From Thermoanaerobaculia bacterium (GTDB lineage Bacteria; Acidobacteriota; Thermoanaerobaculia; Gp7-AA8): a DNA stretch of 64,000 bases. Location: assembly GCA_034664845.1 (NCBI GenBank), contig JAXDGW010000010.1, positions 58,936 to 122,935 of the forward strand, read 5' to 3'. The first letter of the stretch is position 1. Every line of letters begins with the position of its first letter. Of this stretch, positions 56,934-64,000 are shown piece after piece. The notes beneath the pieces are model-generated. The model ran no database searches. It was not told the DNA's origin and saw only the letters and a program-made list of their open reading frames with translations. The position numbers were made by a program, and so were the translations under genes.

Positions 56934-57530
56934 ATGATCACGACTCTCATCGATTCACCCGTCGCGAACGTCGCCAACATCGCTCGTGCGCTGCGCACTG
57001 TCGGCGCGGAGCTGGTTGTCACGCGCGATCCGGACGCGATTGCAGCGGCGGAGAAACTTGTCCTGCCGGGCGTCGGTTCCTTTATCGCCGCGATGCGATG
57101 GCTCGAAGAGAATCGCATCGATGCAGCGATCAGCACGGCGGTCAAACGCGGCGCGACGCTGCTCGGCGTTTGCGTCGGACATCAGCTCTTGTTCGATCTC
57201 TCGCACGAAATGGGGAGCACGCGCGGCCTCGGCTTGGTGCGCGGCGAAGTACACAAATACGAGGGCTCGCTTCCGGTACCGCAGATCGGATGGAATCGCG
57301 TGAAGGCCGCCGAGGGCTCGGCACTCTTCGACGGCGTCGAGAATGGCGTCTTCTACTTCGTCAACTCCTACGCGGCTTCGAACGCGCCCGACGAGATTGC
57401 GCGCGCTGATTACGGTAGGCCGTTCACCGCGGCGGTTCAACACGATCGCGTGTTCGGCGTGCAGTTTCATCCCGAAAAATCGTCGGCGGCAGGTCTGCGC
57501 GTCTTGAGGAACTTCGTGACATGGACGTAA
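56934..57530 (+). CDS. hisH: Imidazole glycerol phosphate synthase, glutamine amidotransferase subunit
   Basis: Class I GATase: GVCVGHQLL (nucleophile Cys) and FGVQFHPEKS. Confidence 0.9.
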   Translation: MITTLIDSPVANVANIARALRTVGAELVVTRDPDAIAAAEKLVLPGVGSFIAAMRWLEENRIDAAISTAVKRGATLLGVCVGHQLLFDLSHEMGSTRGLGLVRGEVHKYEGSLPVPQIGWNRVKAAEGSALFDGVENGVFYFVNSYAASNAPDEIARADYGRPFTAAVQHDRVFGVQFHPEKSSAAGLRVLRNFVTWT

Positions 57531-58987
57531 TCCCTTCGCTCGACCTCCTCGGCGGGCAAGTCGTCCGTCTGCTGCACGGCGATTTCGCGAACGTGACGGC
57601 GTACGGCGATCCGGAGAAGGTTCTCGATTCACTCGAGGTGCCACGCGGATCGCGGCTGCACATCGTCGACCTCGAAGCGTCGCGCAGCGGCAGACCGGTC
57701 GAACTGGAGGCCGTGCGGCGATTAGCGAAACGCGATCTGCGCGTTCAGGCCGGCGGCGGAATTCGCTCGCTCGCCGATGCGAAGGCGTGGATCGACGCCG
57801 GCGCCGAGAAGGTCGTGATCGGAACCGTCGCCGCAGACGCGCCCGAGGTCTTGCGTGAGATCGTCGCGGCGCTCGGCGCCGATCGCGTCATCGCCGCCGT
57901 CGATGTGCGCGACGGCGTCGTACGCGTGCACGGCTGGGAGCGTGACGCGGGCGCGACGCTCGCCGAGGTTCTCGAGCGCGTCGAATCCCTCGGCATCAGA
58001 GAAGCGCTCATCACCGACATCAACAAAGACGGCGCGATGCGTGGGCCGTCGTTCGCGCTTTACCGCTCGCTGCGCACGAAACTGCGCATCATCGCCAGCG
58101 GCGGCGTCTCCACCCTCGGCGATGTCGTCTCGCTGAGCCGCATCGGCAGCGTCGGCGCATGCGTCATCGGGCGCGCGCTGCTCGACGGCCGCGTGCAACT
58201 CGCCGAGGCGCGGGCGCGTGTGGCGACACCGAACGCGATTCCGGAGCGCGTCATCCCCTGCCTCGACGTGCGCGACGGCCGCGTGGTCAAGGGCATCAAC
58301 TTCGTCGATATCCGCGACGCCGGCGATCCGGTCGAATGCGCCGTGCGATACGAAGCCGAGGGCGCCGACGAGATGGTGATTCTCGACATCTCCGCGACCG
58401 ACGCGAATCGCACGACGGCTCTCGACACGGTGCATCGCGTCTCCGAATCGTTGTTCATCCCGCTCACCGTCGGTGGCGGCGTGCGGACGATCGAAGATTT
58501 TCGCGCGTTGCTCCGCGCCGGCGCGGACCGCGTGGCCATCAACACCGCCGCGCTTCGCAATCCGCGGCTCATCGCCGATTGCGCCGCCGAGTTTGGCGTG
58601 CAGGCCGTCGTGCTTTCGTGCGATGCCAAACGGATCGGCGATCACTACGAGGCGATGGTGCGCAGCGGCAAGGAATCGTCGAGCGTCGATGCCGTGGTGT
58701 GGTGCCGGCGCGCCGAGGAGCTGGGCACGGGCGAGATCCTGCTCACGTCGGTCGATCGCGATGGAACGAACGCGGGATACGACATCGAGCTGCTGCGCGC
58801 CGTCACCAGCGTCGTTCGCATCAGCGTCATCGCCTCGGGTGGCGCCGGCTCTCTCGAGCACTTCCGCGACGCCATCGAAGCCGGCGGCGCGCGCGCAGTG
58901 CTGGCGGCGTCGCTGTTTCATGACCGGCGGCTGTCGATTGGCGATGTGAAGCGCTTTCTGGCAAATGAAGGGATACCCGTACGATGA
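57521..58987 (+). CDS. hisA-hisF: In-frame fusion: ProFAR isomerase (HisA) + imidazole glycerol phosphate synthase cyclase subunit (HisF)
   Basis: Single 488-aa ORF. Residues 1 to about 233 are HisA ([17 protein letters not shown]...[20 protein letters not shown]). HisF follows directly (...[38 protein letters not shown]...). Across the junction ...gtg gcg aca ccg aac gcg att ccg gag cgc gtc atc ccc tgc ctc gac gtg... there is no stop codon and no ATG/GTG/TTG. Confidence 0.75.
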   Translation: MDVIPSLDLLGGQVVRLLHGDFANVTAYGDPEKVLDSLEVPRGSRLHIVDLEASRSGRPVELEAVRRLAKRDLRVQAGGGIRSLADAKAWIDAGAEKVVIGTVAADAPEVLREIVAALGADRVIAAVDVRDGVVRVHGWERDAGATLAEVLERVESLGIREALITDINKDGAMRGPSFALYRSLRTKLRIIASGGVSTLGDVVSLSRIGSVGACVIGRALLDGRVQLAEARARVATPNAIPERVIPCLDVRDGRVVKGINFVDIRDAGDPVECAVRYEAEGADEMVILDISATDANRTTALDTVHRVSESLFIPLTVGGGVRTIEDFRALLRAGADRVAINTAALRNPRLIADCAAEFGVQAVVLSCDAKRIGDHYEAMVRSGKESSSVDAVVWCRRAEELGTGEILLTSVDRDGTNAGYDIELLRAVTSVVRISVIASGGAGSLEHFRDAIEAGGARAVLAASLFHDRRLSIGDVKRFLANEGIPVR

Positions 58988-59568
58988 CTGATTTGAAATT
59001 CGACGCATCAGGCCTCATCCCCGCAGTCATTCAAGACGCGCGAACCGGCGAAGTTCTGACGCTCGCGTACATGAATCAGGCTTCGCTCGACCGCACGCGC
59101 GAGAGCGGTGAGACGTGGCTCTGGAGCCGCTCGCGCAAGGAGCTCTGGCACAAAGGCGCGACGTCAGGCAATACGCAGCGCGTCGTCGCCATCAGTGAAG
59201 ACTGCGACGGCGACGCGCTCGTCGTCAGCGTCATTCCGAACGGACCGGCGTGTCACACCGGCGCGCGATCGTGCTTCGCCGGCACGCCGCCGCGCACGCT
59301 CGATCGGCTGATGAACGTTCTGCGTGATCGGCGCGAAAAGCGTCCCGAGGGCTCGTACAGCGCGAAGCTGTTCAGCGGAGGACGAGGCAGGATTGCGAAA
59401 AAAATCGGCGAGGAGGCCACCGAGGTCGTCATCGCCGCGCTGAGCGAAACGCGCGAGCGCATGGTCAGCGAGATCGCCGATCTGGTCTTTCACGTCACCG
59501 TGCTGATGGCGGATGAAGGGATCGACTGGAGCGAGATTGAGGGGGAGCTGGCGGGCAGAGAAAGGTAA
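58984..59568 (+). CDS. hisIE: Bifunctional phosphoribosyl-AMP cyclohydrolase / phosphoribosyl-ATP pyrophosphatase
   Basis: HisI domain (LAYMNQASL...[12 protein letters not shown]...CDGDAL) followed by the HisE MazG-like domain. ATGA overlap with the hisAF stop. Confidence 0.9.
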   Translation: MTDLKFDASGLIPAVIQDARTGEVLTLAYMNQASLDRTRESGETWLWSRSRKELWHKGATSGNTQRVVAISEDCDGDALVVSVIPNGPACHTGARSCFAGTPPRTLDRLMNVLRDRREKRPEGSYSAKLFSGGRGRIAKKIGEEATEVVIAALSETRERMVSEIADLVFHVTVLMADEGIDWSEIEGELAGRER

Positions 59569-59569
59569 A

Positions 59570-59732
59570 CCTGTCATCCTGAATCGCCGAAGGACACGAA
59601 GTGCCGGAGGACGATGAAGGACCCCCCGCGCATGTGCACGGTCGGGTGGTGGAACTGGTGACAACGCAATGCGCAGGGGGTCCTTCGACCGTCCTCCGGC
59701 ACTTCGTGTCCTGCGGCGGCTCAGGATGACAG
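59570..59732. repeat. 163-bp near-perfect palindromic element with TGTCATCCTGA terminal inverted repeats, downstream of hisIE
   Basis: Left arm cctgtcatcctgaatcgccgaaggacacgaagtgccggaggacgatgaaggaccccc. The right arm is its reverse complement (gggggtccttcgaccgtcctccggcacttcgtgtcctgcggcggctcaggatgacag). The central loop contains a further gcgcatg/catgcgc-type stem. It lies between the convergent hisIE and M23 peptidase genes. Confidence 0.7.
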
Positions 59733-59876
59733 CGTGGATGACAGGGGACGACTGCGCGGGTCATACGAGCGCTCGCACCACAACCCTTGACGAGCGACCG
59801 CCTGCCGAATCGCGAGGAGCTTCGGCGACAACGCGCGAAGCGCAACCAACCGACAACCGACAACGCGCGAAGCGCA

Positions 59877-60755
59877 CTAAAACGCGTTGAGGATGTACTC
59901 GAGCGGATTCACCGGGTTGTTGTTCAAGCGCACTTCGTAGTGGAGGTGCGGGCCGGTGGAGCGGCCGGTCGAGCCGACGTACGCGATGATGTCGCCGCGC
60001 TTGACGTGCTGGCCGGGCTTGGCCGCGTACGCCGAGAGGTGGCCGTAGCGCGTCGAGTAGCCGTATCCGTGCGAGAGATAGATGACGTTGCCGTAGCCGT
60101 TGGCCCATTCGGCCTTGACGACGATGCCGTCAGCGGGGGCGCGTACGGCCTGTCCGATGGCGGAAGAGATATCGACTGCGTTGTGAGTGCCGGCTTCACC
60201 GGTGAACGGATCGGAGCGGCCTCCGAAACCATCCGTCAGGATTCCGCGGACCGGCGCGATCGACGGCGTAGATGCCAGGAGCTGCGACTGCGCCACGAGC
60301 TTCTGTTCGAGGACTGACAGATCGCCTTCGATACGGCGGGAGCGGAAGGCCATCTTGTCGACGTCATCGCGATACGGATTGTCGCCCAGGTCTGAGGGGC
60401 GAAGGCCGCCGACGCCGCCCTGCTGCGCGCTGTCATCGAGGCTGCTGATTCCGGCGTAGATCGCCAGTTTGCGGGTGCGGTCTTCAACGGTGCGAAGCTG
60501 CCCGCGGAGTGATTCGACCGACTTGCTGAACTGTTCGTTGGCGGTCTGGAGGTCTTTGTTCTCGTGGCGAAGTTTGCTGAGCTCGTGCGTCTGCGAGAGC
60601 GAGGTGAAGTACTGGACGGAGAAGAAGGTCGATAGACAGAGAGAGGAGGTCAGGACCGACAGAACAGAGAAGAGCAGGCGGTGGGACACCTTCAACTTCC
60701 GGAACTTGGCCCGCGCATGCGGGACAAAGATGATTGTTGAATAGCGTTGATCCAT
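59877..60755 (-). CDS. M23-family (LytM/EnvC-like) peptidoglycan endopeptidase with N-terminal TM and coiled coil
   Basis: The C-terminal domain has HNAVDI...GYGNVIYLSHGYGYSTRYGHL...GSTGRSTGPHLHYEV (HxxxD / HxH zinc motifs). The N-terminal coiled-coil is EnvC/NlpD-like. Confidence 0.85.
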   Translation of the reverse strand: MDQRYSTIIFVPHARAKFRKLKVSHRLLFSVLSVLTSSLCLSTFFSVQYFTSLSQTHELSKLRHENKDLQTANEQFSKSVESLRGQLRTVEDRTRKLAIYAGISSLDDSAQQGGVGGLRPSDLGDNPYRDDVDKMAFRSRRIEGDLSVLEQKLVAQSQLLASTPSIAPVRGILTDGFGGRSDPFTGEAGTHNAVDISSAIGQAVRAPADGIVVKAEWANGYGNVIYLSHGYGYSTRYGHLSAYAAKPGQHVKRGDIIAYVGSTGRSTGPHLHYEVRLNNNPVNPLEYILNAF

Positions 60756-61121
60756 GCGTACTCCTTAACTCGGGATGGCCGACTGGACGACGGCAGTGAG
60801 GGGCGTATTCTATGGAAAGAGCGAGCGGAGTCAACGCAAAAACGGCGGTAAGTTGTGGGAGCACAAGCACTTCCGGGCGCGTTTTATGGTGTTACCCCAT
60901 ATTCGGGACGGATGGCTTAAGGTTTCCGTTTCATAACACAAATAACTTTATGTTGAGGTTGTCCTGGAGCGTGCGAAATGGGAGCGGATGCGCATCTGCA
61001 CCGGTCGTTGTGCATGTCCGCGTTCGCGCCGCTCACACTCCCCAGCCCACTCCCCGCATCCCGTGCTATCCTCCCGCCGCCCTTCCCGAACGGCGACAAA
61101 TCTCTCTAAAACAAGGTCTGT

Positions 61122-61658
61122 ATGAACGTCAAAAAACGGCTGCTCGACGGTCCTCGAATGAATCGCGCCATCCGGCGCATGGCCATTGAAATCCTCGAGA
61201 AAAACCGCGGGACCGATGACCTCATCATCGTCGGCATCCGCAGCCGAGGAGTTCCGATCGCCGAGAGGATGGCGAAGGAGATCGAGGAGATGGAAGGGCA
61301 TCCGGTCAGCTCCGGCATCCTCGACATCACCCTTTACCGCGACGACCTGACGACGATCGCGCCGCAGCCGGTCGTCAAGCCGACCAAGCTTCCCGAGCCG
61401 ATCGACGACAAGATCGTCGTCCTCGTCGACGACGTTCTCTACACCGGCCGCACGGTTCGCGCCGCGCTCGATGCGCTGATCGACTTCGGCCGTCCCAAGG
61501 CAGTCATGCTCGCCGTCCTCATCGATCGCGGCCACCGCGAGCTCCCCATCCACGCCGACGTGATCGGCAAGACAGTCCCCACCGATGCGCACGAAGTGAT
61601 CAAAGTGAAGCTGGTGGAGACGGATGGCGAGGACGAGGTTTTGATCATGGAGAAGTGA
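61122..61658 (+). CDS. pyrR: Bifunctional pyrimidine operon regulator / uracil phosphoribosyltransferase
   Basis: [16 protein letters not shown]...[22 protein letters not shown] (PRPP-binding motif). 178 aa. Upstream of pyrB. Confidence 0.9.
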   Translation: MNVKKRLLDGPRMNRAIRRMAIEILEKNRGTDDLIIVGIRSRGVPIAERMAKEIEEMEGHPVSSGILDITLYRDDLTTIAPQPVVKPTKLPEPIDDKIVVLVDDVLYTGRTVRAALDALIDFGRPKAVMLAVLIDRGHRELPIHADVIGKTVPTDAHEVIKVKLVETDGEDEVLIMEK

Positions 61659-61669
61659 TGTTTGCGGTT

Positions 61670-61730
61670 GCGAGGTCTCGGGGTTGCGCGGTAGCGCAGT
61701 AACACCGCGAGACCGCGAGACCGCGAGACC
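61670..61730. repeat. Tandem-octamer palindromic element (CGCGAGAC x3 and inverted partner) between pyrR and pyrB
   Basis: gcgaggtctcggggttgcgcggtagcgcagtaacaccgcgagaccgcgagaccgcgagacc. It may double as the pyr attenuator/terminator hairpin, with no U-tract. It belongs to the same family as the 49425..49478 and 52103..52290 elements. Confidence 0.55.
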
Positions 61731-61752
61731 GCGAGACCCCGCCACCGCCAAC

Positions 61753-62703
61753 ATGCGCGCCTCCACATCCTCGCTCCGCTCGAAAGACCTTCTCGGCATC
61801 GAGCAACTCCTTCCCGAAGAGATCGAGTTGATTCTCGATACCGCAGAGGGATTCAAGGAAGTGAGCGAGCGGCCGGTGAAGAAAGTGCCGGCGTTGCGCG
61901 GGCAACTCATCATCAATCTCTTCATGGAAGCGTCGACGCGGACGCGGGTCTCGTTCGAGATCGCGGAGAAACGCCTCTCCGCCGACACGCTCAACTTCAC
62001 CGCCTCCGGCTCCTCGGTCGAAAAAGGCGAAACGCTCATCGACACCGCCGAGAACCTCGTGGCGATGCATCCGGAGATGATCGTCATCCGGCATAAGTAT
62101 CCGGGCGCGCCGAAGATGCTGGCGGACCGGCTGCCGAACGTCTCGATCATCAACGCCGGCGACGGCGCGCACGAGCATCCGACGCAGGCTCTCCTCGACG
62201 CCTTCACCATCCGCGAGCGTCTCGGGCGGCTGGCCGGCGTCAACGTCTCGATCATCGGCGACATCGCTCACTCGCGCGTGGTGCGATCGAACATCCATCT
62301 GCTGACGAAGATGAAGGCCAACGTCACCGTGGCCGCGCCGCCGACGCTGCTGCCGGCGGAGATCGGAAAGATGGGCGTGCGCGTCGTTCACTCGCTCGAC
62401 GAAGCGGTGTCCGGGGCGGACGTCATCATGATGTTGCGCATCCAGCTCGAACGGCAGGGGAAGCTGTCGTTTCCGTCGCTGCGCGAGTACTACAACACGT
62501 TCGGCCTGACGCCGGAGCGGCTGAAGCGCGCCAACAGCGAGGCCATCATCATGCATCCCGGTCCGATGAACCGCGGCGTGGAGATCGCCAGCGATGTGGC
62601 GGATGATCCTCGGCGCTCAGTCATCCTGGAGCAGGTGACGAATGGTGTGGCGGTGCGGATGGCGGTGTTGTATCTGCTGGGGGGAGCGCATGGCAGTGAG
62701 TGA
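61753..62703 (+). CDS. pyrB: Aspartate carbamoyltransferase catalytic subunit
   Basis: STRTR (carbamoyl-phosphate binding), HPTQ and HPGP motifs. The ATG at 61753 ([19 protein letters not shown]) is the likely start within ORF 61684..62703. Confidence 0.9.
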   Translation: MRASTSSLRSKDLLGIEQLLPEEIELILDTAEGFKEVSERPVKKVPALRGQLIINLFMEASTRTRVSFEIAEKRLSADTLNFTASGSSVEKGETLIDTAENLVAMHPEMIVIRHKYPGAPKMLADRLPNVSIINAGDGAHEHPTQALLDAFTIRERLGRLAGVNVSIIGDIAHSRVVRSNIHLLTKMKANVTVAAPPTLLPAEIGKMGVRVVHSLDEAVSGADVIMMLRIQLERQGKLSFPSLREYYNTFGLTPERLKRANSEAIIMHPGPMNRGVEIASDVADDPRRSVILEQVTNGVAVRMAVLYLLGGAHGSE

Positions 62704-62775
62704 AAAACCTTTTCATCCGCAGATGACGCAGATGTACACAGATCTGCGTTCATCTGCGACATCTGCGGATAAAAA

Positions 62776-64000
62776 ATGAATCTACTGATTACCAACGGCC
62801 GCGTCATCGACCCAAGTCAGGAGCTTGACGCCAAACTCGACGTCCTCATCGAAGACGGCGTCATCGCGCGCATCGACAAGCGGATCAAGGCTGACGTCGA
62901 GACCATCGATGCCGACGGACTTGTCGTCGCCCCGGGGCTCATCGACCTGCACACCCATCTTCGCGAGCCCGGTCAGGAGCACAAAGAGACGATCGCCACA
63001 GGCACTCGCGCGGCAGTTGCGGGCGGCTACACGGCAGTCTGCGCGATGGCCAACACGCTGCCGCCGAACGATGAGCGCGCCGTGACCGAGATGATCATCG
63101 CCGAGTCGCGGCGGAACGGCGCGTGCCGCGTCTACCCGATCGGCGCGGTCAGCAAAGGCCTGATGGGCGAAGCGCTGGCGGAACTGGCCGACCTTCGCGC
63201 CGCCGGCTGCGTCGCAGTCAGCGACGATGGCAAACCGGTCTGGAACGCGCAGCTGATGCGGCGCGCGCTCGAGTACTGCTCCATGCTCGGCATCCCGGTG
63301 ATCGCGCATGAAGAGGACGCCAATCTCTCCGACCACGGCGTGATGCACGAAGGCTATTACTCAACGCTACTGGGCCTGGGCGGCATCCCCGCGGCATCGG
63401 AGGAGACGCTTGTGGCGCGCGATGTGATTCTGGCGCGTATGACCGGATCGCACGTGCACATCGCCCATTTGTCGACAGCCGGTGCGGTCGACTCCGTGCG
63501 TCACGCGCGCGCGGCCGGCGTTCGCGTCACCTGCGAAGTCACCCCACACCACCTCACCCTCGGCGACGAGAGCGTGCAGTCGTTTTCGACGAACCTGAAG
63601 ATGAATCCGCCGCTGCGCTCGAAGGAGCATCGTGACGCGCTCATCGCCGGCATCGCCGACGGAACGATCGACGCGATCGCCACCGATCACGCGCCGCATC
63701 ACTTCGACGAAAAGAACGTCGAGTTCGATCTCGCGCCGTTCGGGATCATCGGCCTGGAGACTGCGTTTGCCGTCTGCTACGACCAGCTTGTCCGCGCTGG
63801 CGTCATCGCAATCGATCGCCTGATCGAGCTGATGTCCTGCGGACCGGCGCGCATCTTCAATCTGCCCGGCGGAACGCTGCGCAATGGAGCGTTGGGCGAT
63901 GTGACGCTGATCGATCTCGATTCGAAGTTCACCGTTCCGGCAGCGTTCCGATCGAAGGCGTCGAACTCGCCCTTCGTTGGCCAGACGCTGCACGCCCGGC
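62776..64000 (+). CDS. pyrC: Dihydroorotase (type I, multifunctional-complex type), 3' end beyond window
   Basis: The ATG at 62776 opens a frame that stays open to the window end. It encodes MNLLITNGRVIDPSQ...GLIDLHTHLREPGQEHKETI...ATDHAPHHFDEK (metal-binding HxH and Asp). It is absent from the ORF track because it has no stop in the window. Confidence 0.85.
   Translation, partial: MNLLITNGRVIDPSQELDAKLDVLIEDGVIARIDKRIKADVETIDADGLVVAPGLIDLHTHLREPGQEHKETIATGTRAAVAGGYTAVCAMANTLPPNDERAVTEMIIAESRRNGACRVYPIGAVSKGLMGEALAELADLRAAGCVAVSDDGKPVWNAQLMRRALEYCSMLGIPVIAHEEDANLSDHGVMHEGYYSTLLGLGGIPAASEETLVARDVILARMTGSHVHIAHLSTAGAVDSVRHARAAGVRVTCEVTPHHLTLGDESVQSFSTNLKMNPPLRSKEHRDALIAGIADGTIDAIATDHAPHHFDEKNVEFDLAPFGIIGLETAFAVCYDQLVRAGVIAIDRLIELMSCGPARIFNLPGGTLRNGALGDVTLIDLDSKFTVPAAFRSKASNSPFVGQTLHAR

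Noticed and set aside
59877-60755. M23 peptidase as part of the his or pyr operons
   Set aside because: It is on the opposite strand, convergent with hisIE and divergent from pyrR. It is a stand-alone cell-wall endopeptidase gene.
1-64000. CRISPR arrays, rRNA or tRNA genes, insertion sequences/transposases, phage integrase
   Set aside because: No regularly spaced direct repeats with unique spacers, no tRNA-like conserved T-loop contexts in intergenic regions, and no transposase/integrase-like ORFs. Repeats present are palindromic elements and intragenic protein-coding repeats.

Overview
High-GC (~66%) bacterial chromosomal segment. Three blocks are visible. (1) A very large exopolysaccharide/O-antigen-type locus (~1-49.4 kb). 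Its core is a unidirectional minus-strand operon of about 28 genes running from a NusG/RfaH-paralogue antiterminator (33127) and an EPS-associated MarR-type regulator down to a GNAT gene cut by the window edge. It encodes GDP-6-deoxyhexose (Gmd/Fcl), CDP-6-deoxyhexose (RfbF/RfbG plus a TylCIII/TcaB9-type sugar C-methyltransferase and an RmlC-like epimerase) and amino-sugar branches (three DegT-type aminotransferases, AsnB-like amidotransferase, ATP-grasp ligase, deacetylase). It also carries a Wzx flippase, a Wzy-like polymerase, three GT4 and two GT2 glycosyltransferases, a CgeB-like GT and eight methyltransferase-fold genes, and ends in a secreted metzincin protease with FG-GAP repeats. Downstream are a divergently transcribed PCP-like gene, a second minus-strand operon for UDP-sugar oxidation/epimerisation and GDP-D-glycero-D-manno-heptose-type synthesis (transaldolase, GmhA, GmhB, HddA-like kinase, sulfatase-like Thr-nucleophile transferase), a secreted repeat protein with an IPTL/PEP-CTERM-like sorting tail, RmlA, a GalE-like epimerase and a rhomboid protease translationally embedded among sugar genes. 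(2) tyrS and a complete his operon (hisZ-G-D-C-B-H-[A-F fused]-IE) in which hisA and hisF form one in-frame ORF. (3) An M23 peptidase and pyrR-pyrB-pyrC (pyrC truncated by the window). Intergenic regions carry several families of long palindromic elements, including elements built from tandem octamers and a family with TGTCATCCTGAG terminal inverted repeats. Most adjacent genes overlap by ATGA/GTGA/TTGA start-stop overlaps. No rRNA, tRNA or CRISPR was recognised.
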